Assembly: GCA_963844715.1 (NCBI GenBank)
Contig: CAWJPJ010000005.1
Location: 128,001 to 192,000, forward strand
From: an uncultured Phycisphaerales bacterium
GTDB lineage: Bacteria > Planctomycetota > Phycisphaerae > Tepidisphaerales > Tepidisphaeraceae
DNA length: 64,000 nt
Direction of reading: 5' to 3'
Part shown: in pieces, positions 1 to 10,761 of the stretch
Layout of the letters: each line of letters starts with the position of its first letter
How positions within the stretch are numbered: position 1 is the first letter of the stretch
Position numbers and translations under genes: made by a program
The notes under the pieces: generated by a model
The model's input: the letters and a program-made list of their open reading frames with translations, nothing else
The model's database searches: none
Told to the model about the DNA's origin: nothing

Positions 1-179
1 CCGAAGCGGTGATTCTCTCCCCGGAAGCATTCGATGAATTGATGGAACAAGCCGAGATCGCCAAGAGTCTGTCCATCCTCGATCGAAGCGAGGCCGACAT
101 AAAAATCGGTCGCACTCGAAATGCGAAAACTGCATTGCGCCAGATCGCAAAGGAATTCAAATTGAAGCTTAACAGATGA
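1..179 (+). CDS. Phd/YefM-like antitoxin, 3' part (truncated by window)
   Basis: Frame 3 reads EAVILSPEAFDELMEQAEIAKSLSILDRSEADIKIGR...; its TGA (177-179) overlaps the toxin ATG (ATGA). Confidence 0.7.
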   Translation, partial: EAVILSPEAFDELMEQAEIAKSLSILDRSEADIKIGRTRNAKTALRQIAKEFKLKLNR

Positions 180-505
180 AATACGCGGTTCGGGTCACGG
201 ACGCCGCCTATGAGGCTATCCGAGATCAAGCCCGGTATATCGCCGTTGAGTCTCACGCCCCGCTCAATGCCACACGTTGGCTGGAGAGAGTTTGGGATGT
301 CGTTCACCGTCTCGAAACGCTGCCCAGGCGCTATCCCACAGCCGCCGAATCCGCGCTGAAGCCATATGAAATTCGGCGTGCCCTCGTCGACAACTGCCAT
401 ATTTTGTTCTCCATCGACGATCGGAAGCATGGAGTTTGGGTCATCGCGTTCCGTCTTGGAAGCCGCCTTCCGCGCCCTGGCGAATTGCCCGAACGTGCCC
501 CTTAA
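176..505 (+). CDS. RelE/ParE family toxin
   Basis: 109 aa, MKYAVRVTDAAYEAI...LETLPRRYP...IRRALVDNCHILFSI...VWVIAFR pattern; coupled to the upstream antitoxin. Confidence 0.75.
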   Translation: MKYAVRVTDAAYEAIRDQARYIAVESHAPLNATRWLERVWDVVHRLETLPRRYPTAAESALKPYEIRRALVDNCHILFSIDDRKHGVWVIAFRLGSRLPRPGELPERAP

Positions 506-762
506 TCATGTCTAAGGTCCGACGCATCTCCTCGCCACAAAACGCTTTACCGACCAAGAATTTGCATCCCCTTGACCCCAATATCCTTACACCTTATCCT
601 TCCTGCACTTCCGAAGAGTCACAAAAAATGCGATTCGATCGGAATTTGCCCAATATGACCGGCTGGCCGGAGCTTTTCCGAAGAACGGTTTTTCGGAAAA
701 TGGATGTGCTAAAAATCTCTGGCCGCTAAGGTGTCTGGGATTGAGAGTTGGTTTAATTCATC

Positions 763-1032
763 ATGCCCGTTACCGCTGAGCAGAAGAAGCAAATCGTCGG
801 CGACTTTCGAATTCACGAGAAAGATACCGGTTCTCCAGAAGTGCAGATCGCGCTCTTGACCACACGGATCAATGAGCTGCGCGCCCACTTCGACACGCAC
901 AAGAAAGACCATTCGTCGCGACGCGGTTTGCTGAAAATGGTCAGCCAACGGAATCAATTGCTGAAGTACCTGACCCGGGAGGACCGCGCCAGGTATCAGC
1001 AGATCATCAACAAACTGGGCCTGCGCAAATAG
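763..1032 (+). CDS. rpsO: 30S ribosomal protein S15
   Basis: 89 aa with [33 protein letters not shown]; lies upstream of pnp. Confidence 0.98.
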   Translation: MPVTAEQKKQIVGDFRIHEKDTGSPEVQIALLTTRINELRAHFDTHKKDHSSRRGLLKMVSQRNQLLKYLTREDRARYQQIINKLGLRK

Positions 1033-1140
1033 CGCTCCCCGGGGGGCATGGCGCGGCGTGGCCGCGACCGGCCCTTGCTTCCACTCGCCTTGCGATTCCT
1101 CCCGCCATTCGGCCCCGGCGGCTGTGGAATCCGGAGGTCA

Positions 1141-1211
1141 GCCACAGATGCACACATCCGCGGATTCAGTCGCACACGCGATCTGATTCAATGGATCTGT
1201 CCATCTGTGGC
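1141..1211. repeat. Long imperfect hairpin in the pnp 5' leader
   Basis: GCCACAGATG (1141-1150) pairs with CATCTGTGGC (1202-1211); inner ACA/TGT, ATCC/GGAT, TCAG/CTGA and TCGC/GCGA pairings. Confidence 0.75.
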
Positions 1212-1248
1212 AAACTTTCCAACCGGGGCCGGATGAGGAAATTTCTCC

Positions 1249-3600
1249 ATGCAAGCCATCCGAGTTGAGCGCCAGATCGGCGGTCGCACCCTGGCGATCG
1301 AGACCGGCTCCTACGCCAAGCTAGCCGACGGGTCCGTCACCGTTCGTTATGCCGATTCCGTCGTATTTGGCGCCGTCGTCCGCGCCGCCCCGCGCGAAGG
1401 AATCGACTTCTTTCCCTTACAGGTCGACTACCGCGAACGCCGCGCCGCCGCCGGAAAATTCCCCGGCGGGTTCATGAAGCGCGAAGGCAGGCCCACCACC
1501 AAGGAAATCCTCACCGCCCGCCTCATCGACCGGCCATTGCGACCGTTGTTTCCCAAGGGCTTCATGGACGAGGTGCAAATTCACCTCAACGTCCTGGCCT
1601 TCGACGGCGAAAACGACCCGGACATCTTCTCCGGCATCGCCGCCAGCGCCTGCATCGCCATCAGCGACATTCCGTTCACAACCCCGACCGCCCATGTTCG
1701 CGTCGGCCGCGTCGAGGGTCAGTTTGTCATCAACCCCACCGTCGAGCAGCTTGAATACAGCGATCTCGATCTCGTCGTCGCCGGCACCAAGCACTACGTC
1801 AACATGATCGAACTCGGCGGCCGCGAAGTCCCCGAAAACATCGTCGGCGACGCCATCGAATTCGGCCACAAGGTCGTCGTCGAAATCGTCGGCATGATCG
1901 AGGAACTCGTCTCCAAGGCCGGTAAGCCCAAAGTCGGCGAGGTCAAGCAACCCGACGCATCCCTTGTCGAATCCGTCAGATCGCAGGTCACCGACAAAAT
2001 TCGCGAAGTCAAAGGCAAGCCCGGCAAGCAGGACCGCGCCCAGGCCGTCGAAACCATCCGCGACGAACTCATCGCCCAGCTCGCTCCCCCCAACACCGAC
2101 CCCAGCGCCAGCTATCAATCGCTCCTCTCCCTCCGCGAAAAGCAAAAGCAAATCAAAGCCGTCTTCGTCGAAGTCGAGGAGCAGGTCACTCGCGAGGCGA
2201 TTCTCAACGGCGTCCGCCCCGACGGGCGCGACTACCACAGCATTCGCCCCATTTCCTGTGAAGTCAGCATTCTCCCGCGCGTGCACGGCTCCGCCGTCTT
2301 CTCGCGCGGCGAGACTCAAGCCATGTGCACCGTCACCCTCGGCACCAGCCGCGACGAACAGCTCGTAGACGGCCTGATCGACGAGTACAGCCAGAAATTC
2401 ATGCTCCACTACAACTTCCCCAGTTACAGCGTGGGCGAAGTTCGCCCCATCCGGGGTCCCGGCCGGCGCGAAATCGGCCACGGCGCTCTGGCTGAGCGCA
2501 GCCTTATCCCGGTTCTCCCGGGCATCGAGCAGTTCCCCTACACCGTCCGCATCATCAGCGACATTCTCGAATCCAACGGCTCCAGCTCCATGGCCAGCAG
2601 TTGCGGCGGATGCCTCGCCCTCATGGACGCCGGCGTCCCCATTACCAAACCCGTCGCCGGAATTTCCGTCGGCCTCGTCAAGGAAGGCAACCGCACCGCG
2701 CTCCTCACCGACATCATCGGCGAGGAAGATCACTTCGGCGACATGGACTTCAAAGTCTGCGGCACCCGCGATGGCATCACCGCCATCCAGCTCGACATAA
2801 AAACCGAGGGCCTCGACTACCAGATCATCCGAGACACTCTGGTGCGCGCCCGCGAGGCACGCCTGACCATTCTCGACAAAATGCAGGCCGCTCTCCCCGC
2901 CCCGCGACCCGAGATCAGCAAATACGCTCCGCGCCTCCTCACCGTCAAAATCGACCCCGAAAAAATCGGCAAACTCATCGGCCCGGGCGGCAAGAACATC
3001 AAGAAGCTTCAGGAAGAGACCGGCGCCCAGATCGACATCGAGGACGACGGCACCGTCTTCATCAGCTCCGTCGATCAGGCGTCGGCAGAAAAAGCCCGCG
3101 ACCTCGTCGAGGCGATCACCGCCGAAGTCAAGGTCGGCAAGATCTACGCCGGCCGAGTCGTCAGCATCAAGGAATTCGGCGCCTTCATCGAGATCGCTCC
3201 GGAAACCGACGGCCTCTGCCACGTCTCCGAACTTTCCGATCGGTATGTCCAGAACGTCACCGACGTCGTCAACATCGGCGACGAAGTCCGCGTCAAAGTC
3301 ATCCTCATTGACGACCAGGGCCGCATCAAACTAAGCCGCAAAGCCGCGATGAAAGAAGAAGGTTTAAGCGACCCCGAACCCGTCGGCGCAGCCGCCGGCC
3401 CCGGCGATGACGCCGGCAACCAGGGCGGCGGCGGGGGAGGCGGACACTACCGCGGCGGCGGCCCGCGCGGCGACCGTGACGACCGAGACCGCGGCCCAAG
3501 AGGCGGCGGCGGTGGTGGACGTGGCGGCGACCGCGGCCCCCGAGGCGGCGGCGGCGGCCGAGGCGGACCCCCACGCCGAGAAGGCCGCCCCAACGACTAG
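1249..3600 (+). CDS. pnp: Polyribonucleotide nucleotidyltransferase (PNPase)
   Basis: FFPLQVDYRE, RREIGHG, ESNGSSSMAS and DMDFKV motifs; KH (IGPGGKNIK) and S1 domains; Gly/Arg-rich tail. Confidence 0.98.
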   Translation: MQAIRVERQIGGRTLAIETGSYAKLADGSVTVRYADSVVFGAVVRAAPREGIDFFPLQVDYRERRAAAGKFPGGFMKREGRPTTKEILTARLIDRPLRPLFPKGFMDEVQIHLNVLAFDGENDPDIFSGIAASACIAISDIPFTTPTAHVRVGRVEGQFVINPTVEQLEYSDLDLVVAGTKHYVNMIELGGREVPENIVGDAIEFGHKVVVEIVGMIEELVSKAGKPKVGEVKQPDASLVESVRSQVTDKIREVKGKPGKQDRAQAVETIRDELIAQLAPPNTDPSASYQSLLSLREKQKQIKAVFVEVEEQVTREAILNGVRPDGRDYHSIRPISCEVSILPRVHGSAVFSRGETQAMCTVTLGTSRDEQLVDGLIDEYSQKFMLHYNFPSYSVGEVRPIRGPGRREIGHGALAERSLIPVLPGIEQFPYTVRIISDILESNGSSSMASSCGGCLALMDAGVPITKPVAGISVGLVKEGNRTALLTDIIGEEDHFGDMDFKVCGTRDGITAIQLDIKTEGLDYQIIRDTLVRAREARLTILDKMQAALPAPRPEISKYAPRLLTVKIDPEKIGKLIGPGGKNIKKLQEETGAQIDIEDDGTVFISSVDQASAEKARDLVEAITAEVKVGKIYAGRVVSIKEFGAFIEIAPETDGLCHVSELSDRYVQNVTDVVNIGDEVRVKVILIDDQGRIKLSRKAAMKEEGLSDPEPVGAAAGPGDDAGNQGGGGGGGHYRGGGPRGDRDDRDRGPRGGGGGGRGGDRGPRGGGGGRGGPPRREGRPND

Positions 3601-3643
3601 GATCTCCGCGAAGCGCAATCCCGCGAACCCCAATCCCGCGAAG

Positions 3644-3672
3644 CCGGGGGAGCTTGCTCCCCCGGATCTTTC
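3644..3672 (+). terminator. GC-rich hairpin after pnp (terminator or REP-like)
   Basis: CCGGGGGAGC-TT-GCTCCCCCGG followed by ATCTTTC. Confidence 0.55.
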
Positions 3673-3774
3673 GCTGCGCCCAACTCTCTTCCCCCCAACC
3701 CAACACAATGCTCAAATTGCACTAAGACCTCTCACCCCCTCAACCTCCCCGCGCACAATCTGTAAAATCCCCCC

Positions 3775-4827
3775 ATGCTCCCCGTCCGCCTCAGCCAAAT
3801 CACCAAGCAATTCCCCAACACAAAAGTCCTCGACAACATCTCCCTCGAGATCAAGCCCGGCGAACTCTTCTTCCTCCTCGGCCCCAGCGGCTGCGGAAAA
3901 AGCACACTGCTAAGAATCATCGCCGGCCTCCTCGACCCCACCTCCGGCCAAATCTTCTTCGCCGATCGCGACGTCACCGATCTCCCCACCCAGCGCCGAA
4001 ACGCCGTCATGTGCTTCCAGAATTACGCCCTCTGGCCGCACCTCACCGTCAGCCAAAACGTATCCTTCGGCCTCGACATCCGCGGCCTCCCCGCGCCGAG
4101 CGAAACTTCCGTCTCCAGGAATCCCTCAAGCTGGTCCAGATGGAAAAATTCGCCGACCGCAAACCCGCCGCTCTGTCCGGCGGCCAGCAGCAGCGCAGTC
4201 GCCCTCGCCCGCGCCCTGGCCGTCCGCCCCGACTGTCTCCTCCTCGACGAACCCCTCAGCAATCTCGACGCCAAGCTCCGCAACGACATGCGCACCGAAA
4301 TCCGCGCCATCTGCAAATCCGCGGGACTCACCACTATCTACGTCACCCACGATCAAAAAGAAGCCCTGAGCATCGCCGACCGCATCGCCCTGATGCAAGA
4401 CGGCAAAATCGCCCAGGTCGGCTCCGGCGCCGAACTCTACGATCATCCCCAAACCAGCTTCGTCGCCGATTTCCTCGGCGAAACCAATCTACTGAAGGGC
4501 GAAATCATCGCCCGGGACCAGAAAACTGTCCGAGTCCAAACCGCCATCGGCAACCTCCTCGCCCCCGCGCCCCAAACCTCTTCCGACCACGTCATCCTCA
4601 GCATCCGCCCCGGAAAAATCCGCTTCGCCGCCGACGATTCCCCCGGCAACGCCCAGGTCAACCGCCTCCCAGCGACAATCCTCCAATCCTCTTTTTTGGG
4701 AGAAGCCACCGAATATTGGGCCCAGATCGATTCCCATCGCATCAAGCTGGTCGCCGCCGCGGCGCCTAATGGTTCCCAGCCGAATGTCGAATGGCTCGTC
4801 GCCGACACCCTCGTTCTCCCGGAATGA
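3775..4827 (+). CDS. ABC transporter ATP-binding subunit (PotA/FbpC-like); two compensating indels at ~4092 and ~4198
   Basis: Walker A GPSGCGKS, LLLDEPLSNLD, YVTHDQ, C-terminal TOBE-like region; the LSGGQQQR signature lies in the alternate frame (ORF 4011..4769). Confidence 0.9.
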   Translation: MLPVRLSQITKQFPNTKVLDNISLEIKPGELFFLLGPSGCGKSTLLRIIAGLLDPTSGQIFFADRDVTDLPTQRRNAVMCFQNYALWPHLTVSQNVSFGLDIRGLPAPSETSVSRNPSSWSRWKNSPTANPPLCPAASSSAVALARALAVRPDCLLLDEPLSNLDAKLRNDMRTEIRAICKSAGLTTIYVTHDQKEALSIADRIALMQDGKIAQVGSGAELYDHPQTSFVADFLGETNLLKGEIIARDQKTVRVQTAIGNLLAPAPQTSSDHVILSIRPGKIRFAADDSPGNAQVNRLPATILQSSFLGEATEYWAQIDSHRIKLVAAAAPNGSQPNVEWLVADTLVLPE

Positions 4828-4831
4828 CCCG

Positions 4832-6383
4832 ATGAAGAAATTTATCTGGCTCATCGCCTTCTTCCTCGTCCTCGCGCTTCCCATCGCCATGCGCAGCCTG
4901 GAGCGGCTCCTCGACCGAGACCATCTCCGCCAGCACCCCGCGGCTCGTCATCATCACCATGCAGAACCGCGACATCTGCAACGAATTCCGCTGGGCCTTC
5001 TCCGACTGGCACCAAAAACACTACGGCTACCCAGTCGAAATCGATTACCTCACCCCCGGCGGCACCAGCGATGTCAAACGCCAGCTCGATTCCATCTACC
5101 GCTCCATCCGCGCCGCTCACGGCGGGCAACTCCCTCCCGAATCCCAAACCGATTCCGGTATCCAGCTCGCCTGGGGCGGCGGCGATCAATTCTTCGAACA
5201 CGAACTCAAACCCATCGGCATCCTCCGCCCATTGGATCTCACCCAATCGCAATTAAAGGAGATTTTCCCCCAGCCCGTCCTCGCCGGTTCCAATCTCTAC
5301 GACCAGCAGCGCGACCCCTCCGGCAAGTTTCTCCCTCCAAGATGGGTCGGGGTCTGCCTTTCCAGCTTCGGCATCGTCTATAACCAGGACCTCTGCTCCG
5401 CCCTGGGCGTCCCGGCCCCCACAACCTGGAACGCCCTGGCCGATCCGCGTCTAGTGGGCGCCGTCGCCCTGGCCGACCCTACCCACAGCGGCACCGCCTC
5501 CGTCATGTACATGATCATTCTCCAGCGCGCCATGGCCGACGCCGAGGAGCAGTTTCTTCAGTCACCCGCCAATGCTGGCAAAGACCCCGTGAGCCTCAAA
5601 AAAACCCCTGAATATCAATCCGCCCTCGACACCGGCTGGAAACGCGGCATGCAAACCCTCACCCTCATCGCCGCCAACGCGCGCTATTTCGATTCCGATT
5701 CCCAGCGCGTCCCCACCGACGTCTCCCTCGGCGACTCCGCCATGGGAACCGCCATCGACTTCTATGGGCGGGTCACCGAAGAAACCGTCGGCCCCCAGCG
5801 CATTCAGTTCGTCGCCCCCAAATCCGCGACCGCCAGCAACCCCGACCCCATCGCCATCCTCTACGGCACGCAAGGCCAAAAGCTCACCCTCGCCAACCAT
5901 CTCATCGAATTCATGCTCAGCCCCCAAGGCCAGTGCCTCTGGATCCTGCGAGTAGGCCAACCCAACGGCCCGCGCGAGCACGCCCTCCGCCGCGCCCCCG
6001 TCCGCATGAGCGTTTACGCCGACCGCACCGGCTGGGCCGACGACATCAACTATTTCGCACAAGCCGGAAACTTCGCCCTCCGCCCCCAGTGGATGGCCTC
6101 GATGCCCATTCTCCGCCCCATCTGGGCCGCCGCCTGGATCGACGACGGCGAAGACCTGCGATCCGCCTACAGAAAAATCCTCGCCCTCCCCGACCCCGCC
6201 CGCCGCGCCAAGCTTCTGACTGAACTAGCCGATCTTCCCATCACCCGCGCCGAAGTCGACCACCCGACTCCCCCCGAAAAAACCACCGACCCCGATCTCG
6301 CCCGAGCCACCCAGCGCCTGAATTGGGCAAAAAAATTCCTGGCCCATTACCACAAAGTCGCGGGCGAAGCGGAGGCCCAATAA
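4832..6383 (+). CDS. ABC transporter substrate-binding protein (Fe(III)/thiamine-type); indel at ~4900
   Basis: Signal MKKFIWLIAFFLVLALPIAM, then LVIITMQN...WGGG...PTTWNALADP...LADPTHSGT...AIDFYG. Confidence 0.85.
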
Positions 6384-8103
6384 ATGTCCCGCTCAAACGC
6401 CAACCTCTTTACTCACCGTCTGATGGCCCTGGCACTCTGCCTCTTCTTCGCCGTCTTCCTCATCTGGCCCATGTGGGAAGTCATCCACGCCGGCTTCATT
6501 CACAACGGCCACTTCACCGCCCAGTACATGCGCCTCATCTTCTCCGATCCCCAGCTCCTCCGCGGCCTGCGCAACGCCGCCCTCGTCGCCGTCACCGTCA
6601 CCTTTCTCTGCCTAATGCTCTCTTTGCCCCTGGCCGTCCTCTCTGTGAGATATAAATTCCCCGGCCAGGCCCTCCTCTCCGGTCTCTTATTGGCGCCCCT
6701 TGTCCTCCCTCCCTTCGTCGGCGCCATCGGCATCCGCCTCATCCTCGGCCGCTATGGACCCATCACCATGCTCCTCGGCCTCGGCAGCGGCGCGGGCTTC
6801 GATTGGATCGGCCGCTTCCGTCTCCTCGGCATCGTCCTCGTCGAGACCCTCCATCTCTATCCCGTCATGCTCCTCAATCTCCAGGCCGCACTGGCAAACA
6901 TCGACCCCGCCATGGAGCAAGCCGCCGCCAATCTCGGCGCTCCCCGTTCCCTCATCTTCAGGAAAATCACACTCCCGCTTTTACGCCCCGGCCTCTTCGC
7001 CGGCTGCACGCTCGTTCTCATCTGGAGCTTCACCGAACTCGGCACGCCCCTGGTCTTCGATTTCAACACCATTACCCCCGTCCAAATCTTCTGGCAGATC
7101 ACCGAAGTCGCCGCCAATCCGCTTCCCTACGCCTTGGTCGTCGTCATGCTCGCGGCGGCGGGGGGGCTCTATCTCATCGGCAAAGTCCTCCTCGGCACCG
7201 GCGCTTCCGCATCCGCCACAAAAGGAATGACCGCCGCCGACCCCAAACCCCTCCGCGGCTTCCGCGCCTTCGCTGCCGTCGCCTTTTTCGTCATCGTCCT
7301 CGCCCTGGCTCTTTTGCCCCACGCCGCCGTCATCCTCACCAGCTTCTCCGCCACAGGCCAATGGTACCGTTCCGTCCTCCCGCGCCAGTTTACCCTCAAT
7401 CACTACACGGCCGCGCTTCTGGACGACCTCGCCATCCCCAGCGTCCGCAACTCCGTCCTCTACGCCACCGCCGCGACAATTCTCGCCGTCGTCATCGGCA
7501 TCTCCGCCGCCATCCTCATCGTCCGCAGCCGCCTCCGCTCGCGCAGGCTTCATCGATCTCCTTTGCATGCTCCCCCTGGCTGTCCCCGGCTTGGTCCTCG
7601 CCTTCGGCTATCTCGCCATCAGCGTCTCCCTCAAACAAAAATTCGGCCCCCAACTTCCGACCTCGCTGGACGTCCTAGAGAAACCGACTCTCTTCCTCAT
7701 CCTCGCCTACGCCGTCCGCCGCCTCCCCTACGTCGTCCGCGCCGCCGCCGCCGGCCTCCAGCAGACTCCCGTCGATCTGGAACTGGCCGCCGAAAATCTC
7801 GGCGCAAGCCACGCCACGGTCCTAAGAAAATCACCCTGAAACTCATCGCCGGCAACCTCATCGCCGGCGCCCTACTGGCCTTCGCCTTCGCGCTCCTCGA
7901 AGTCAGCGACTCCCTAATCCTCGCCCAAAAAGCCGCCTATTTCCCCATCACCCGCGCGATTCTGGAACTCGCCCAACGCCTGGGCGACGGCCTCTACATC
8001 GCCAGCGCCCCTGGGCGTCTGGGCCATGCTGCTGCTAACCCTGTGCCTCCTGGCCGCCAACTCCCTGGTAGGCAAACGCCTCGGCCTAATGTTCCGCACC
8101 TAA
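6384..8103 (+). CDS. ABC transporter permease (FbpB-like, two TM modules); indels at ~7545, ~7830, ~8010
   Basis: Two EAA loops (MEQAAANLGA; LELAAENLGA) spread over several frames; stop TAA 8101-8103. Confidence 0.85.
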
Positions 8104-8129
8104 CCGAACATTTTCCCGCGCCTTGGATT

Positions 8130-8174
8130 TTATCCCCTCTCCCTGTACTCGGGGAGAGGGCAAGGGTGAGGGGC
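8130..8174 (-). repeat. REP-like CCCTCTCCC...GGGAGAGGG palindrome, copy 1
   Basis: Reverse complement is GCCCCTCACCCTTGCCCTCTCCCCGAGTACAGGGAGAGGGGATAA, near-identical to 23569-23615. Confidence 0.85.
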
Positions 8175-8276
8175 CGGGGCCCAATTGATGTGGTTGAACC
8201 ACTCCGCTCGACATTCATTCAATTCCGACAACCCATCCAACCGAGTACAATACTGCATAGTCCGAAAGGTACCTGA

Positions 8277-9614
8277 ATGACCCATTGGCTCCGCCTGGCG
8301 CTGATATTTCCTCTAGCCTTCCTCTTCGCCTGCTCCTCCGACCATCCGCACCCTCTTTCAGCCGAGCAGTTCTATTCCAATAACCAGGGCATCGCCTCAT
8401 CTCCCCTCTCCCCGGCGGATCAACCCGGCGAAATTCCCTCCCCCGACACCCAGGCCCAGCCCCCATTGCCTCCCCTCGTTCCTGGCGGCTTTAACGAAAG
8501 CGCAGGCGCGCCCTCCGAGCCGGCGACCCTGCGCGAACGCACTCAGGGCGGCCTGGTCGTCCGCTCCTCCACGCGCACCGCCACCGCCCCCTCCACCGAA
8601 CCCGCCTTCCCAACCGAGCAATACCTCACCCTCGGCACCGTCGTCGCCATAGTGGGGGACACTCCGATTTATGCGAATGATGTGATCAGCCGCGACGCTC
8701 CGATTCTTCGCGAACTCGCCCACGAATACGACCCCGACCGCTTCGAAATCGCCGCGCGGGAGCGCATCGACGAAACCACCCGCGAATTGGAATACGACCA
8801 GCTCGAATACCAGGCCGCCCTCAAATCCCTCGATAGCTCCGACAAGGACGCCGCCGACCACTTCACCGACATGTGGCGGCAGCGCATGATCACGGAAGCG
8901 GGGGGGTCATTGGAGGTCGCCCGCCGGCGTGCCGAGGCCGAGGGGAAGGATTTCAACCAGGAAGTTCAGGATCAGCACCGCGCCTATCTCATCCAGATCT
9001 ATCAGGCCCGCAACGTCTACCCGCAGATCCAGGTCACCGCCTCCGACAAACGCCGTTACTACCAGGTTCATCTCGCCACCGAATTCAGCAAACCCGATCG
9101 TACCACCGTCTGGATCATCCACACCGACCCGGACGACCTCGGCCATGACCTCGCACTCTCCAAAATCCAGGAATTCCGCAAACGAGCCCTCGCCGGCGAG
9201 GATTTCGCCAACATGGCCAAGTCCCAGGACTCCTCCATCTTCACCGAGCCCAAGGACATCGAACGCGGCAGCTTCGCCCTCACCAACGTCGAGGCCGCCA
9301 TCTGGAAACTCTTCCCCGGCCAGATCAGCGACATCATCACCGACCGCGGCGGGTTCTACCTCGTCAAAATGGTCTCCCTAGATAAAGGCGGCGTCCGACC
9401 CTTCGAGGATGAAGCTGTCCAGGACGACATTACCCGCACCCTCCGCACCCAGCAGCTTCAAAAGCTGAATCAAGAGATGTTGAATCGTCTATTGGAAAAC
9501 GCCGTCGTCCGCACCGACCCCTCCATGATCGACGCCGCCGTCGAAATGGTCATGCAGAACTACACCGTCTGGTCCAAAAATAACTTCGCCGGAAATTTCC
9601 GCGAATTTCAATGA
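8277..9614 (+). CDS. SurA/PrsA-like peptidyl-prolyl isomerase lipoprotein
   Basis: Lipobox LFAC; VVAIVGDTPI SurA-type start; rotamase motifs AGEDFANMAK, PGQISDII, GFYLVKM. Confidence 0.8.
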   Translation: MTHWLRLALIFPLAFLFACSSDHPHPLSAEQFYSNNQGIASSPLSPADQPGEIPSPDTQAQPPLPPLVPGGFNESAGAPSEPATLRERTQGGLVVRSSTRTATAPSTEPAFPTEQYLTLGTVVAIVGDTPIYANDVISRDAPILRELAHEYDPDRFEIAARERIDETTRELEYDQLEYQAALKSLDSSDKDAADHFTDMWRQRMITEAGGSLEVARRRAEAEGKDFNQEVQDQHRAYLIQIYQARNVYPQIQVTASDKRRYYQVHLATEFSKPDRTTVWIIHTDPDDLGHDLALSKIQEFRKRALAGEDFANMAKSQDSSIFTEPKDIERGSFALTNVEAAIWKLFPGQISDIITDRGGFYLVKMVSLDKGGVRPFEDEAVQDDITRTLRTQQLQKLNQEMLNRLLENAVVRTDPSMIDAAVEMVMQNYTVWSKNNFAGNFREFQ

Positions 9615-9687
9615 TGAATTGATCGCACCGACTTGCTAAGATCGTTGGTCGGATGGGAAGCGAATGATGGGCTGAAAGGAGTCTCCC

Positions 9688-9924
9688 ATGATCAAGCAGA
9701 TTAAGAGGATCAACTTTTCCGCCACCGACGAAGAATCCGGCACCACCTACGATCTTGTAGCCCAAGGCGATACCGACACTACCGAAGCCGCCCCCGACGC
9801 AAATCCCCTCTCCATCCATACCGCCACCGGCCAAAACGTCCGCACCATCGCCAAAGGCAAATACCAAATCGAAGGCGTCTTCGGCCCCGTAGAACTAACT
9901 AGCGACGACCCCAACGCGCCGTAA
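9688..9924 (+). CDS. Hypothetical protein (78 aa)
   Basis: AAAGGAG RBS, coding-like composition, convergent stop with the next gene. Confidence 0.6.
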   Translation: MIKQIKRINFSATDEESGTTYDLVAQGDTDTTEAAPDANPLSIHTATGQNVRTIAKGKYQIEGVFGPVELTSDDPNAP

Positions 9925-9927
9925 CTA

Positions 9928-10707
9928 TTACCCTTCCCCCTCATACTTCGATTTCTCGGGAAATGTCTCCGACAGAAATCTCCTGATCCCCTCCCCAAAC
10001 GCCGGATCGTCAAAATTAAAAAACATCTTCCCCTCGCACCCGCGCGCTACCTCTTCATAGTCCGGCTCTTTCCCCCAGAATCCGCAGCGCGAATTCTCCT
10101 CTGAGAGCTTCACCAGTTCGAACCGTTCCTTCTTATTCGCATGATTCAAAACCGCCGTCGGACCGAGTATGCCATCCCATCGCTCCTCCGCCGCGAAATC
10201 TTTCAAAGCTAAAAACGCCTCGATCACCCATTTCCGATTCAAATACGTCGGCGTATGCGTCTCGAAATTAAAACCCGAATACCCCTGACCCCGCAGCAGA
10301 TCGTAAGTCCGCCAAACCGCCTCGCGCCAAACTCCCTCCGCTCGCCGCTCGATCAGCGAGAGGTCCTCCAGATACCGAATCTTCCGCGCTTCCCCGATCG
10401 AAAAATCCCGCAGAAGAAAGAAATCATCCGAAAACAGCAGATACTCGAAAAACAATTCCGGAATCAGCGACGACAAAACCATCTGCAAAAAGAAATTCCG
10501 TACCGGCGTATTCACCCCTAGCACCGGCGCCGTGGTGCCATCCGCCACATGTTCGATTAATGAAGTGTCCCCGCTAATAAACCCCGGCCGATCCCCATAA
10601 ACCCAAACCTTCCGAACCCAAGGCGCAAACTTCCCCAAACTCCTCAGCGAATGCCGAATTTCAAAATCCCCATGCGGCGAGTGTTTATAAATATAAACAA
10701 CGTCCAT
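9928..10707 (-). CDS. Stealth-family (hexose-1-phosphate transferase-like) protein
   Basis: DVVY (CR1), EIRHSLRSLGKFAPWVRKV and FSDDFFL (CR2), ETHTP (CR3), FFNFDD (CR4). Confidence 0.7.
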   Translation of the reverse strand: MDVVYIYKHSPHGDFEIRHSLRSLGKFAPWVRKVWVYGDRPGFISGDTSLIEHVADGTTAPVLGVNTPVRNFFLQMVLSSLIPELFFEYLLFSDDFFLLRDFSIGEARKIRYLEDLSLIERRAEGVWREAVWRTYDLLRGQGYSGFNFETHTPTYLNRKWVIEAFLALKDFAAEERWDGILGPTAVLNHANKKERFELVKLSEENSRCGFWGKEPDYEEVARGCEGKMFFNFDDPAFGEGIRRFLSETFPEKSKYEGEG

Positions 10708-10761
10708 GCCCCTCTTTTCCGCGATAACAAAACCAATGGATAGCCATCCATCGGCCCATTT

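Noticed and set aside
1417..3222. Long antisense or alternate-frame ORFs (e.g. 601 aa opposite pnp, 290 aa opposite the IS)
   Set aside because: Shadow ORFs expected in high-GC coding DNA; no recognisable motifs.
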